A stretch of DNA of 56,040 nt, taken from the NCBI GenBank assembly GCA_902796585.1, contig CADBPN010000131.1:1-56040 (forward strand), given 5' to 3'. The notes under the pieces were generated by a model, which saw nothing but the letters and a program-made list of their open reading frames with translations, did not search any database and was not told the DNA's origin. This stretch comes from an uncultured bacterium. GTDB lineage: Bacteria > Cyanobacteriota > Vampirovibrionia > Gastranaerophilales > Gastranaerophilaceae. Each line of letters opens with the position of its first letter. The stretch's first letter is position 1. The position numbers were made by a program, and so were the translations under genes. Below, piece after piece: positions 9,216 to 19,655 of this stretch.

Positions 9216-11567
9216 ATGAACATTAAAACTAACGAAATTTTGTTATTAAACAAAATCAAATTTGGCGAAGGAGAAAACACAAACACAGTTTCTAATCCTA
9301 TCCCGACAGAATCAACACAAAAAGACGGAATGAAAGCATTAACATTCCAAGGTATGAAAAATTTGATGTCAAATCCTCAATTGGCACAAAAATTAGGAGT
9401 TATGAACGATGAAACATTGCCTCAAGACAACACTGACGCAAAATCATACGCAGCTCCTTATGCAGCAAACATGGTATCATTCGGAAGCAAAACAGCTGTT
9501 GCGAAAGCAGCTTTATTCGGTGCTTTAGCATTAGGTGGTGCTGCAAGCATGACATCTTGCCAGGATAGAATTGAAGTAAACGTGGATGTTTCCGGATTAA
9601 TAAAAGCTCAACAAGATTTTATGGCTTATCTGCAGCAAAGACAAGATGCAACAGATGCTCTTATAAATATGTTTATGACTAAGTTTGATACATTAATTTC
9701 TGATGTAAAAAACGGATTTAAAACTTTAGATCAAGCATATAAAGAGATTGCTGTGTATATGGCTGGTATACAAGCTAATCAAAACATCATTATTGCTAAC
9801 TTGCAAGCAAACGGTATGAGTCTGGAAGAAGCTAATGCATATTTAAGACAGTTGATTGCTGATATACAATCAGGAAAAATTGATGCAAAAGCCGGTTTTA
9901 ACGAATTAATGGCATTGTTGAAAAATATTGATGCAAATGTTGCAGGTATCTACAGTGAATTTGTTAAATTAAATCAACAAGTTGCAGATATGAAAACAGA
10001 AATGTCTGATTATGCAAAACAAATTATTAATAATCAAACAACAATGAATCAAACATTTGTAGCAGGTATAACTGATTTAAGCGAAAAATTAAGTGAAATG
10101 TCCGCAAAAGAATCCGCAATATATTTTGCTATTATGAAATTAAACTGTGATAATAATAAACGATTAGAATATATCGCTCAACAAATCGGTATTAAAGCTG
10201 ACCAATTAGCAGCAATAATTGAAAAACACGGTTATTCACTTGAAGAAGCTATGAACATGAATGCTTCTCAAATCACAGCTATTTTACAACAAGATGTTAA
10301 TGCAAACAACAACATCTACAATGCGTTATTAACATTAATAAATAAATATAATAATGGTGATATGGATGCTCAAGCATTCGCTCAGGCAGTATTATCTGAA
10401 TTGAACAAAATTAACGGTTCATTAGACGATATAAAGGCATCTCTTGATGAAATAAAGGCAGAAATTCGTAATTTAACAACAACTGTTAAGAATGAAGATG
10501 CTCAAATCAAATCTTTATTGGCAAGATTACTTAGAGAAGGTAAGATTACAAACGCTCAATTATCTGAAATTAACCAACGTTTAGAAGGTCAAAAAGGCAA
10601 CTTAGCGAGAATTGAAAACTTAATTGCTCAATTGCTTGCTGAATACCAAAACAATCCGAACTCTGTAACAAAAGAAGATTTAGCAGAATTGATTTCTTGG
10701 TTGAATTTACAACAAGAATTAAGAACCGATGAAATCTTAGAAGCTGCTCAACAAGGACTTGCAAACCAAAAAACTATTATTGCACTGATGAGCAAACTTG
10801 TTCAATACGCTTCTCAATATCCTGATTATGCTGCTCAATTGGAAGCTATTTATAACAAACTTGTTGATATTCAGAACGATAACAACAAATCTGAAGCTCA
10901 AAGAGCACAGGATTTAGCAAATGTTCAAGCAGAACTTGATGCTATACTAGATAAGTTAGGTGATATCGAACAACAGTTAGCTGCAATGTTTAAAGAAATG
11001 GGTGCTCAAACAACATTACTTAACACAATTGCAAACAAATTGTTCGGTAAATTAGATGACTTAAAAGCATTGTTACAACAAGGCAACGCAACGTTATCAT
11101 CTATTAATACAGAAAGTCAATTGACAAATTCATATTTAAGTCAATTAAAGGCTCAGTTTAATGCTATACAAAATCAAATAGCAAATATTGAAGCTAAAAT
11201 GGGTCGTTCATTAACGGCAGACGAACTTGAAGAATTGTGGCAAAAACACGATGCAGCAAACTTTGCTAACTATAAAGCATTCTTACAAACATTACACGCT
11301 GAAGATATGGATGCTGCACAAGAAATGTTAGACGGTATTGATAAAAACAACAAATTGTTACAAGAAATTCTTGATGCAATAAAAGCATTACCGGCTGATC
11401 TTCAAGCAAGAGCACTTGTTATATTGGAAGGCTGGGATCCTTGCTGCTGCGATAACTGCAACGACAATATTCACGAAGGTATCATTGATTTAATCAATGA
11501 AGACGGTTCAGCAGCTCCTGCACTAAGAGCAGCACACAGAGCTCAAGCAAAAGGCGGAAGAATATAG
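9216..11567 (+). CDS. 783-aa long coiled-coil protein with internal lipobox-like segment
   Basis: AAGGAG RBS; heptad-rich body; ALFGALALGGAASMTSC near aa 98-115; C-terminal CCCDNC. Confidence 0.85.
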   Translation: MNIKTNEILLLNKIKFGEGENTNTVSNPIPTESTQKDGMKALTFQGMKNLMSNPQLAQKLGVMNDETLPQDNTDAKSYAAPYAANMVSFGSKTAVAKAALFGALALGGAASMTSCQDRIEVNVDVSGLIKAQQDFMAYLQQRQDATDALINMFMTKFDTLISDVKNGFKTLDQAYKEIAVYMAGIQANQNIIIANLQANGMSLEEANAYLRQLIADIQSGKIDAKAGFNELMALLKNIDANVAGIYSEFVKLNQQVADMKTEMSDYAKQIINNQTTMNQTFVAGITDLSEKLSEMSAKESAIYFAIMKLNCDNNKRLEYIAQQIGIKADQLAAIIEKHGYSLEEAMNMNASQITAILQQDVNANNNIYNALLTLINKYNNGDMDAQAFAQAVLSELNKINGSLDDIKASLDEIKAEIRNLTTTVKNEDAQIKSLLARLLREGKITNAQLSEINQRLEGQKGNLARIENLIAQLLAEYQNNPNSVTKEDLAELISWLNLQQELRTDEILEAAQQGLANQKTIIALMSKLVQYASQYPDYAAQLEAIYNKLVDIQNDNNKSEAQRAQDLANVQAELDAILDKLGDIEQQLAAMFKEMGAQTTLLNTIANKLFGKLDDLKALLQQGNATLSSINTESQLTNSYLSQLKAQFNAIQNQIANIEAKMGRSLTADELEELWQKHDAANFANYKAFLQTLHAEDMDAAQEMLDGIDKNNKLLQEILDAIKALPADLQARALVILEGWDPCCCDNCNDNIHEGIIDLINEDGSAAPALRAAHRAQAKGGRI

Positions 11568-11606
11568 AGAAAATGAATCTCAACATTACATAAATGCAGG
11601 ATGCAT

Positions 11607-11640
11607 AAAAAAAGAGGCGGAATTTATTCCGTCTCTTTTT
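11607..11640. terminator. Bidirectional terminator
   Basis: aaaaaaagaggcggaat/attccgtctcttttt between convergent genes. Confidence 0.85.
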
Positions 11641-11663
11641 CTAAAAACAACCATAGTCTGCAA

Positions 11664-13811
11664 TTAACATTCTGTATAATTTTCATTATATTTTGTATTT
11701 AAGTTTTGAAGAGCTCCTTGTCTATCTGAACCGATTGCAGATCTGCTTGAATCATTGCTGTCTGTTGCTCTCCATTGGTTAACACCAACTCTTTGTATCA
11801 GGGCACCTCTTCCTGCTTTACCTCTGAATGTTTGAAGAGCTATTTGATTATTGTCTTCACGTTGACATCCATCAATTTCTTTAGGTAATATCATTGTCTT
11901 TGGTAAGTCTGTACCTTTAAGTAGAGCTTGGTATTTTGCTTGATCTTTGCCTGCTAATGCTTTTTTCAATCTTCTTATTGCACCGCTTACTCCGAATTCT
12001 TCAACTAGGCAAGGATAGAATGCTGTTACTATACCAGTCCAAGAGTATCCGCCTTTTCTTGTTAATGTATAAGATTCTTCATTAACTTTTGCACATTTGT
12101 CAACATCATCTGTAGTAGTTGTTGTTGTCGTAGTTGGTGTAGTTGGTGTAGTTGGTGTAGTTGGTGTAGTTGGTGTAGTTGTTGGTTGTGTTGGTTTCTT
12201 AGCCATATCCAATTGAGCACCGATACATTCTTCTGCGTTAACAGTTGATTTTCTTCCGCCGACACTTACATATATATGGTCAACTAATTTCTTTAACGCT
12301 TCTTGTTCTGACAAATCAGGATTATCTTTTACAATTTGGTCAGCCATTGCAGATACAATTGCAGCTTTTTCTTCTAAACTTTCGCTCTTAGCCAACATAT
12401 CTTTTATATGAGCTTTGAATTCTTTTAACGAACCTGTGTGACTGTAAGCTTCATCTGTGTGGAAGCAAGTTTTTTCAGATACATTAGAACCGATTAGCAT
12501 CTTCGTTAATGTATCAACTACAAAACCAACTGCAAAGCCAACACCCATACCGGCTAAGGTTCCTGCTATCATATCTGATTTCAATGGGTCAATTATTACG
12601 TTGATTAAAATATCGCCGCTTCCGTCTGCTGTCTCTTTTATAGCTGTTTTAATACCGTTTTGTGCAAATTCTGATAATGATTTCACAGCGCTTGATGCAC
12701 TGACTCTTACCGTTAAATCTAATGCGTGGTGAGTAATATATGTTGCTACAGCACCTGCAGCTGCTCCTGATGCTGCTCCTGCAATACCTCTGGCCGCTGC
12801 AAGATCAGGATTATACTTGCTTTCTCCTAATACAGCTGTTTTTAGAGAATGGTCACGTTTTTGGTTGAATAAACCAATAAATTCAATTAACTTTTTAGCT
12901 TGATATTCATTAAATTTTTCACCTGTTATATTTTGGAATATTTCTATTACGTGTTCTAATTCGCTTCTTTCACCGTCAACATGATCATTAACGGTAGCAT
13001 CAGCACCATGCCATTCTTTTATTGCATCTCTAAGCGGCTGCAAGTTATATGTTCCGTCAGGTTTTTTGAATTTAGCCAGTTTGTTAGCCATCGTTGAGCC
13101 TCTAAAAGTAGTAATACCTAACAATTTGACATTTAAACCTTTTTCCATTTCTTTTCTGGTTACTGATGCAAGTTCTTCGTACCTTTTGGCTGCATGTTTT
13201 TTGCGATCTGCAATTTCTTGCCAAGTTTCAGCTTCATCTTTTGCTTTGTACCCTACTTCTGTATAAACATCTGTTTTTCCAGTAAAATCTGCACTTGTTG
13301 CTTCTATTTTTTGTTGTTCTGCTGCAAGTTCAACTGTTTTTTCTAATTTTTTGAATGCTTGTTTAGTTACTTTGTCCCATTTATTATCTTCTTGTAATTT
13401 TTCTTTGAAAGTATTAAGATATTTTCGAAAATCGTGACCGCCGTTCTTTTTCATTGTAGCTTGGAATTCAGGATCTGTTTCCATTATTTCTTTGAAGTTT
13501 TTAAATAAAACAACTAATTCATCATATTTTCTGTCTACCGGTGTTTTTGCATTTTCTTGCGGATTTGTTACACCTTTATTTTCTTTTACAAGAGCTAATC
13601 CCATACTGTATTCATCGTCTGTTATACGTTCAATTTCAGCCAAAGTATTGTCTTTGTGAGCTCTTTCTACCATACTTGCAAAAATAGTTGCTTCTGTAGA
13701 ATCCAAAGTTCTTGCATCTAAATCTGTACTTTTGTTTTTGTTAGCTTCCTCGGCTATCATTTTCAACTTTTCGTTTGTGATTGTTGAAATGTCTAATCTA
13801 AAATCTCCCAT
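11664..13811 (-). CDS. 715-aa orphan protein: Gly/Ala hydrophobic segments, PT linker, possible LysM-like C-terminus
   Basis: Long ORF with AGGAG RBS; GIAGAASGAAAGAV and GTLAGMGVGFAVG segments; (PTT)n. Confidence 0.85.
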   Translation of the reverse strand: MGDFRLDISTITNEKLKMIAEEANKNKSTDLDARTLDSTEATIFASMVERAHKDNTLAEIERITDDEYSMGLALVKENKGVTNPQENAKTPVDRKYDELVVLFKNFKEIMETDPEFQATMKKNGGHDFRKYLNTFKEKLQEDNKWDKVTKQAFKKLEKTVELAAEQQKIEATSADFTGKTDVYTEVGYKAKDEAETWQEIADRKKHAAKRYEELASVTRKEMEKGLNVKLLGITTFRGSTMANKLAKFKKPDGTYNLQPLRDAIKEWHGADATVNDHVDGERSELEHVIEIFQNITGEKFNEYQAKKLIEFIGLFNQKRDHSLKTAVLGESKYNPDLAAARGIAGAASGAAAGAVATYITHHALDLTVRVSASSAVKSLSEFAQNGIKTAIKETADGSGDILINVIIDPLKSDMIAGTLAGMGVGFAVGFVVDTLTKMLIGSNVSEKTCFHTDEAYSHTGSLKEFKAHIKDMLAKSESLEEKAAIVSAMADQIVKDNPDLSEQEALKKLVDHIYVSVGGRKSTVNAEECIGAQLDMAKKPTQPTTTPTTPTTPTTPTTPTTTTTTTTDDVDKCAKVNEESYTLTRKGGYSWTGIVTAFYPCLVEEFGVSGAIRRLKKALAGKDQAKYQALLKGTDLPKTMILPKEIDGCQREDNNQIALQTFRGKAGRGALIQRVGVNQWRATDSNDSSRSAIGSDRQGALQNLNTKYNENYTEC
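12130..12174. repeat. 9-bp coding tandem repeat (GTAGTTGGT)x5
   Basis: Five perfect copies encoding Pro-Thr-Thr on the minus strand. Confidence 0.9.
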
Positions 13812-13848
13812 GATATGTCTCCTTTTTTCTCGTGTGATTTCATTCCTT

Positions 13849-13883
13849 ATATATATAAAGTTTTTTCACTTTGAGAAATTGCC
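13849..13883 (-). promoter_or_regulatory. Conserved promoter-like motif, copy 1
   Basis: GGCAA-tttctcaaagtgaaaaaa-CTTTATATATAT upstream of 13811. Confidence 0.7.
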
Positions 13884-13900
13884 TTTTTACAATCATACTT

Positions 13901-13918
13901 GTTACAATTCTTAACAAA
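13901..13918 (+). promoter_or_regulatory. HLR1-like direct repeat (1 mismatch)
   Basis: GTTACAAT-tc-TTAACAAA. Confidence 0.4.
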
Positions 13919-13964
13919 AATGTAAAAATGTTTTTAAAATCAGATGTTTACAGAGAATCGGATT

Positions 13965-15320
13965 TTAAACAATATTAGCCTTAAAATCTGACATTGCAGA
14001 TAAAGCGCGTTTTGACAGAAGCTCTGTTTTTAATTTCTTATTTTTTCTCTCTTTTTTGGGTAAATCTATCGGGGAAACGATTGCCCAATTAGAATTTATT
14101 GGCTGAGGTGGTAAGTATCTTAGCGAACCGTCTCTGGAACTTATGTGTTCAAGATGTGCTTTGTCTGTTATATAGTGCGCAATTGCGCCAAGCATTGTTT
14201 CTTGGGGATAAATAATTAAATCTTTTTGTTGAATTCGGCGAACCATGTTTATGCCTGCAATTAATCCGCCTGCAATTGATTCTGTGTATCCTTCAGTTCC
14301 TGTGATTTGACCTGCAAAGAATAAGCCTTTTCTTTCTTTTGTTTCAAATGTAGGGTTTAAGATTTCAGAGCTGTTTATAAAAGTATTTCTATGCATTACA
14401 CCGTAGCGTACTATGTTTGCATTTTCTAATCCGGGAATAGAATGTACCAATTCTTTTTGCGCTCCCCATTTTAAATTAGTCTGAAATCCAACAAGATTAA
14501 AAAGTGTTTTTGCAGAGTTATCTTGTCTTAGTTGAACAACCGCATAATTTTCTGTTCCGGTTCGTTTATCAATCAAACCTACAGGTTTCATAGGGCCGAA
14601 TCGCAATGTGTCTATACCCCTGGATGCTAATACTTCAACAGGAAGACAAGATTCAAAGAATTTTGTGTCTTTATCAACGTTGTGCTGTTCTATTTTAGGA
14701 GCATTAATCAATATATTATAGAAATTTTCATATTCTTCTTTGTTCATAGGGCAATTTATATAGGACGCTTCTCCTTTATCATATCTTGATCCCCAAAAAG
14801 CTTTGTCAAAATTTATTGAATCAATTTCTACGATAGGAGCAATTGCATCATAAAAATGCAGATGATCTTTTTTAGTAAAATTAAGTATTGAATCTGCAAG
14901 AGTATCACTTGTAAGAGGACCGGAGGCAATTATTACATAACCTTCCGGAATTTCTGCGATTTCTTCTCTTATGATTTCAATAAGCGGGTTTTCGTCTATT
15001 TTTTTTGTAACAGCTTTAGAAAAATCTTCTCTTGCAATAGCAAGTGCATTTCCGGCAGGAACAGAATATTCTTTGGCTATTTTAATGAGCTCTCCGCCAA
15101 GCATTTCCATTTCATGTTTAAGAAGTCCGCTTGCGTTTGTAACATCATAGGAACCAAGTGAATTTGAACAAACAAATTCTGCACAATCTTCGGTAACGTG
15201 TGCTCCTGTAGTTTTATAAGGACGCATTTCGTAGAGCTTAACTTTAATTCCTCTTTTTGCAACCTGTAATGCCGCTTCAGAACCTGCCAGACCGGCTCCT
15301 ATTATTTTTACTTCTTCCAT
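13965..15320 (-). CDS. trmFO: FAD/folate-dependent tRNA m5U54 methyltransferase
   Basis: IIGAGLAGSEAA, VCSNS, FGPMKPVGL, RYGVMHRNT, AGQITG.EGY. Confidence 0.96.
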   Translation of the reverse strand: MEEVKIIGAGLAGSEAALQVAKRGIKVKLYEMRPYKTTGAHVTEDCAEFVCSNSLGSYDVTNASGLLKHEMEMLGGELIKIAKEYSVPAGNALAIAREDFSKAVTKKIDENPLIEIIREEIAEIPEGYVIIASGPLTSDTLADSILNFTKKDHLHFYDAIAPIVEIDSINFDKAFWGSRYDKGEASYINCPMNKEEYENFYNILINAPKIEQHNVDKDTKFFESCLPVEVLASRGIDTLRFGPMKPVGLIDKRTGTENYAVVQLRQDNSAKTLFNLVGFQTNLKWGAQKELVHSIPGLENANIVRYGVMHRNTFINSSEILNPTFETKERKGLFFAGQITGTEGYTESIAGGLIAGINMVRRIQQKDLIIYPQETMLGAIAHYITDKAHLEHISSRDGSLRYLPPQPINSNWAIVSPIDLPKKERKNKKLKTELLSKRALSAMSDFKANIV

Positions 15321-15406
15321 AATAATTAATATACCATAGATATTACATATTAAGTTTTAAATCCTGCATGTTTATATTATAATATACTACCGAAGAGGAA
15401 AAGATA

Positions 15407-16726
15407 TTGAAAAAATCCGGATTAACATTTGCAATATTTGGAGCTCTTATATTGGGAGTTATTGTAGGCTGGTTGTTTCCTGCTTTTGCAGTGAAATTAC
15501 ATGTTTTAGCCGAGATTTTTTTGCGAATGGTTAAAATGATTATTGCACCTCTTCTTTTTGCAACTATTGTTGTTGGTATAGCAGGACATGGAGATGTAAA
15601 AAGTCTTGGCAGATTAGGCATAAAAACGATTGCATATTTTGAAATTGTTACGACAATTGCACTTTTCATAGGTTTGGGATTCGCAAATCTTTTTAAACCG
15701 GGAGAGGGCATGGTAAATATAGCAACTGCTCAAACTAATTTGACAAAAATTGCAGAAATGGCTTCCGCTACTCACCATAATTCATTTGGCGAATTGATAT
15801 TAGGCTTATTTCCGACAAGTATATTTCAGTCTATGGCAGACGGAAATTTGCTTCAAATTGTTGTTTTTTGTATTTTCTTTGCCCTTGCTGTGGTTGCTGT
15901 AGGGAAAAAAGCGCAGCCGGTTTTAGATATTCTAAACTCTGTCGCTACAATAATGTTTAAGTTTACGGAATATGTTATGTATTTTGCTCCTATTGGTATT
16001 TTTGGCGCAATTGCATATACGGTAGGTTCTAACGGAGTTGAAATTCTGTTTAATTACGGGAAGATTATTCTTTCACTTTACACTGCATTAGCCGTATTTG
16101 TTCTTTGTGTTCTTGTTGCGGCATGCAAAATTGTAAAAATTTCAATGAGAGCCTTAATAAAAGCTATCCAAGAACCTGCAATTCTTGCTTTTACTACTGC
16201 AAGTTCAGAAGCGGCACTTCCTAAAGCAATGTCAATAATGGAAAAATTTGGTGTGCCAAAATCAATCGTTGGTTTTGTTATGCCTACAGGATATACATTT
16301 AATCTTGACGGCTCAACATTGTATCTTGCAATGGCAGTAATATTTTCAACACAACTAGTCGGACATAATTTGTCTTTTGAACAACAGCTTGTAATTATGT
16401 TTGCACTGATGTTAACAAGTAAAGGTATTGCAGGTGTTCCAAGGGTTGCATTGATTGTTCTTGCAGGAACTTTGACCAGCTTTAATATTCCTATTATCGG
16501 AGTTGCTATTCTTCTCGGAATTGACCAAATCCTTGATATGGGAAGAACTACAGTGAATTTAATAGGAAATTGCGTTGCAACTGTTGTTATTGCGAGATGG
16601 GAAAATGCTTTTGATTACGAAAAAATGTCTGAATTTATAAAAATGAGAAATTTGAAAATTAATACTCTGACAAAAATTGAAAAGCACGTTAGTTTTCAAC
16701 AAGATTTTAGTAAAGTAAAAGAATAA
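15407..16726 (+). CDS. Dicarboxylate/amino acid:cation symporter (GltP/DctA family)
   Basis: AFTTASSEAALP, GYTFNLDG, SKGIAGVP, DMGRT; TTG start. Confidence 0.93.
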   Translation: MKKSGLTFAIFGALILGVIVGWLFPAFAVKLHVLAEIFLRMVKMIIAPLLFATIVVGIAGHGDVKSLGRLGIKTIAYFEIVTTIALFIGLGFANLFKPGEGMVNIATAQTNLTKIAEMASATHHNSFGELILGLFPTSIFQSMADGNLLQIVVFCIFFALAVVAVGKKAQPVLDILNSVATIMFKFTEYVMYFAPIGIFGAIAYTVGSNGVEILFNYGKIILSLYTALAVFVLCVLVAACKIVKISMRALIKAIQEPAILAFTTASSEAALPKAMSIMEKFGVPKSIVGFVMPTGYTFNLDGSTLYLAMAVIFSTQLVGHNLSFEQQLVIMFALMLTSKGIAGVPRVALIVLAGTLTSFNIPIIGVAILLGIDQILDMGRTTVNLIGNCVATVVIARWENAFDYEKMSEFIKMRNLKINTLTKIEKHVSFQQDFSKVKE

Positions 16727-16747
16727 ATTTTATATAAGGAAATAGCT

Positions 16748-19555
16748 ATGGAATACAAAAATACTTTAAATTTACCGCAAACAACATTAGAAATGAGAGC
16801 GAATGCTACTCAAAAAGAACCAAAAACTCAAGCCTTTTGGGAAGAAAATAAAATTTATGACAAAATTAATGAAAATAAAGATAAATTAAATGCGTTCATT
16901 CTGCATGACGGCCCTCCGTATTTGAGTTCAGAAAAAATTCACGTTGGTACAGCGTTAAATAAAATATTAAAAGATATTTTAATTAAGTATAAGTCAATGA
17001 AAGGGTATTATGCACCGTACGTTCCAGGATACGACGGTCATGGTTTGCCGATTGAAAATGCTGTAGTAAAAAATATTAAAGGCGGAAGACTCGCTATTAC
17101 GGAGGGTGAACTTAGGGCAAAATGCAGAGAGTTTGCTGCTAAAAACTTAAAAGGGCAAGAAGCTGAATTTAGACGATTAGGTGTTTTGGGAAATTGGGAA
17201 AATCCTTATTTAACAATATCTCCGGAGTACGAAGCAGAACAAGTAAGAGTTTTTGGTGAAATGTATAAAAAAGGTTTTGTTGAAAAAGGTTTAAAACCCG
17301 TTTATTGGTGTGCATCTTGCGAAACTGCATTAGCTGAGGCTGAAGTTGAGTACGCAGATGTTTCTTCAAAATCAATATATGTAAGATTTAAATTTGACGA
17401 AGATTCAACGGAAAGGATTAATATAAACATACTTCCGAATAATGAAAAAGATGTGTATGCAATAATTTGGACAACAACTCCTTGGACAATTCCTTCTAAT
17501 GTTGCAATTTCTATGCATCCAAGATTTGAATATCAATTATTTGAATATAAAGATGATGTGTATGTTGTTGCAAAAGATTTATTAGGCAGATTTATTGAAG
17601 ATGCAGGTTGGAATGAAGAAGAAATAAAACTTATAGATACTGCAATCGGTCAAGACTTTGAATTAATGGAGGTAGAACATCCACTGATTGACAGAAAATC
17701 AAAGATTATTTTAGGTGAGCATGTAACGCTTGATGCGGGTACCGGTTTAGTACATACTGCACCGGGTCATGGTTTAGAAGACTATGAGGTCGGTTGCAAA
17801 TACGGTATAGAAGTTCTTTCACCATTGGATAGTAAAGGATGTTGGACAGAAGAAGGAAGAATTCCTGAACTAGTCGGAGTTCCATATTATAAAGGTAATG
17901 ACATGGTAATCGATATGCTGATAGAGAAAAAAGCATTAGTTTACCAAAACGAAATAAATCACAGTTATCCGCATTGTTGGAGATGCAAACATCCTGTAAT
18001 ATACAGAGCAACTCCTCAATGGTTTGTAAAGGTTGATAAGTTCCGCGATAAAGCAATGGAAGAAATTCATAAAGTAAAATGGATTCCTTCAAGCGGTGAA
18101 AGCAGAATCGGTAACATGGTTGCAGGCCGTACTGATTGGTGTATTTCAAGACAAAGAGCCTGGGGTGTTCCGATTCCTATTTTCTATTGCGAGGAATGTG
18201 GAGAAGTTATTTGTACAGATGAAACAATTGAAAATATTGCAAAAATATTTGAAAAAGAAGGTTCGGATGCTTGGGTAAACAGAACAACAGAAGAACTTTT
18301 GCCGGAAGGTTTTGTATGCCCTAAATGCGGTAAAAAACATTTTCGTCAAGAAAAAGATATAATGGATGTTTGGTTTGATTCAGGAATTTCATGGAGAGCA
18401 GTTGTTGAAAAAAGGGCGGACGAACTTGGACATACTCCAGTAGATATGTATTTAGAAGGCTCCGATCAACACAGAGGATGGTTCCAATCTTCGCTTTTAA
18501 CATCTATTGCAACTCAAGGTAAGGCTCCGTACAAACAAGTGCTTACACATGGTTTTGTTTTTGGCGAAGACGGAAGAAAGATGTCAAAGTCTTTAGGAAA
18601 TTATATCAGACCTGATGATATAATTAAGAATTACGGCGCTGATATATTAAGACTTTGGGCAGCTTCTGTTGATTACAAAAATGATACAAAGATTGGTGAC
18701 AATATTGTAAAACAACTTGCTGAAATATTTAAGAAAACAAGAAATACAGCAAGATTTTTACTTGGAAATATCTTTGATTTCGATCCTGCTATAGATTATG
18801 TAATGTATGAAGATTTAACTCCAATCGATAAGTTTGCTTTACATAAACTAAATAAAGTTGTAGAGGAAGTAACAGAAGCTTTTGAAAATTACGAGTTTTA
18901 TAAATATTTCCAAGTTCTGCAAAATTTTGCCGCAGTAGATTTAAGTTCTTTCTATCTGGATATTGTAAAAGACAGACTTTACACTGCAGGCAAAAAATCA
19001 TTATCAAGACGTGCTTGTCAAACTGTATTATATGAAACATTCCAAACGCTTGTACGAATAGTAGCTCCTGTTATGCCATTCCAAGCTGAAGATATGTGGC
19101 AAAATACACCGGAGAATCAAAGAGGCGGTTTAGAAAGTATATTACTTGCTTCTTGGCCTAAAATTAATGATTCTTGGAATAATCCGGCTTTAGAGCAAGA
19201 TTTTACAAAGATTCTTTCAACAAGAGAAATTGTAACAAGAGCAATTGAGCCATTAAGAGCAAATAAAACAGTCGGAAGCTCTTTGGAAGTTGCAGTTTAT
19301 CTTAATACCGATTTTAATGGGTTGTTAAAAGTTAATGAAAAATATCTTGCGGATTTATATATTACTTCTCAGGCATATATTACAGAATCTGCACCTGATG
19401 GTGTATTAAACGAGTATACAGAGAACGGTATTACTGTCTGGGTAACAAAAGCAGAAGGTGAAAAATGCGAACGTTGTTGGAAATACCGTCATTTGGGTGA
19501 ACATGCAGGGCATGAAACAATATGCTCAGATTGTTATGAAGCAATACAAGAATAA
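16748..19555 (+). CDS. ileS: Isoleucine--tRNA ligase
   Basis: LHDGPPY, WTTTPWT, DWCISRQR, GSDQHRGWF, KMSKS, C-terminal Zn finger. Confidence 0.98.
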   Translation: MEYKNTLNLPQTTLEMRANATQKEPKTQAFWEENKIYDKINENKDKLNAFILHDGPPYLSSEKIHVGTALNKILKDILIKYKSMKGYYAPYVPGYDGHGLPIENAVVKNIKGGRLAITEGELRAKCREFAAKNLKGQEAEFRRLGVLGNWENPYLTISPEYEAEQVRVFGEMYKKGFVEKGLKPVYWCASCETALAEAEVEYADVSSKSIYVRFKFDEDSTERININILPNNEKDVYAIIWTTTPWTIPSNVAISMHPRFEYQLFEYKDDVYVVAKDLLGRFIEDAGWNEEEIKLIDTAIGQDFELMEVEHPLIDRKSKIILGEHVTLDAGTGLVHTAPGHGLEDYEVGCKYGIEVLSPLDSKGCWTEEGRIPELVGVPYYKGNDMVIDMLIEKKALVYQNEINHSYPHCWRCKHPVIYRATPQWFVKVDKFRDKAMEEIHKVKWIPSSGESRIGNMVAGRTDWCISRQRAWGVPIPIFYCEECGEVICTDETIENIAKIFEKEGSDAWVNRTTEELLPEGFVCPKCGKKHFRQEKDIMDVWFDSGISWRAVVEKRADELGHTPVDMYLEGSDQHRGWFQSSLLTSIATQGKAPYKQVLTHGFVFGEDGRKMSKSLGNYIRPDDIIKNYGADILRLWAASVDYKNDTKIGDNIVKQLAEIFKKTRNTARFLLGNIFDFDPAIDYVMYEDLTPIDKFALHKLNKVVEEVTEAFENYEFYKYFQVLQNFAAVDLSSFYLDIVKDRLYTAGKKSLSRRACQTVLYETFQTLVRIVAPVMPFQAEDMWQNTPENQRGGLESILLASWPKINDSWNNPALEQDFTKILSTREIVTRAIEPLRANKTVGSSLEVAVYLNTDFNGLLKVNEKYLADLYITSQAYITESAPDGVLNEYTENGITVWVTKAEGEKCERCWKYRHLGEHAGHETICSDCYEAIQE

Positions 19556-19581
19556 TATTTTAAATAAAGAGAGCTTAAATT

Positions 19582-19610
19582 AGCGGAATGGTTAATTCCG
19601 CTTTTTTTTT
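19582..19610 (+). terminator. Intrinsic terminator after ileS
   Basis: agcggaat/attccgct stem plus T tract. Confidence 0.85.
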
Positions 19611-19655
19611 ATATTGCCTTTGAAAATTTATTATTTATATTGTTTAATTTTTATT

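Noticed and set aside
12130-12174. Tandem repeat as a possible CRISPR array
   Set aside because: 9-bp contiguous units with no spacers; an in-frame Pro/Thr linker; no cas genes
13856-13888. TAAAGTTT...GCC read as a canonical sigma28 promoter
   Set aside because: Spacer is 17 rather than 11 nt, GCCGATAA is absent, and it points away from the adjacent gene; it is the reverse complement of the new motif
16748-17000. IleRS HIGH motif reading HVGT as a sign of inactivation
   Set aside because: All other motifs are intact, and variation at this position is compatible with function
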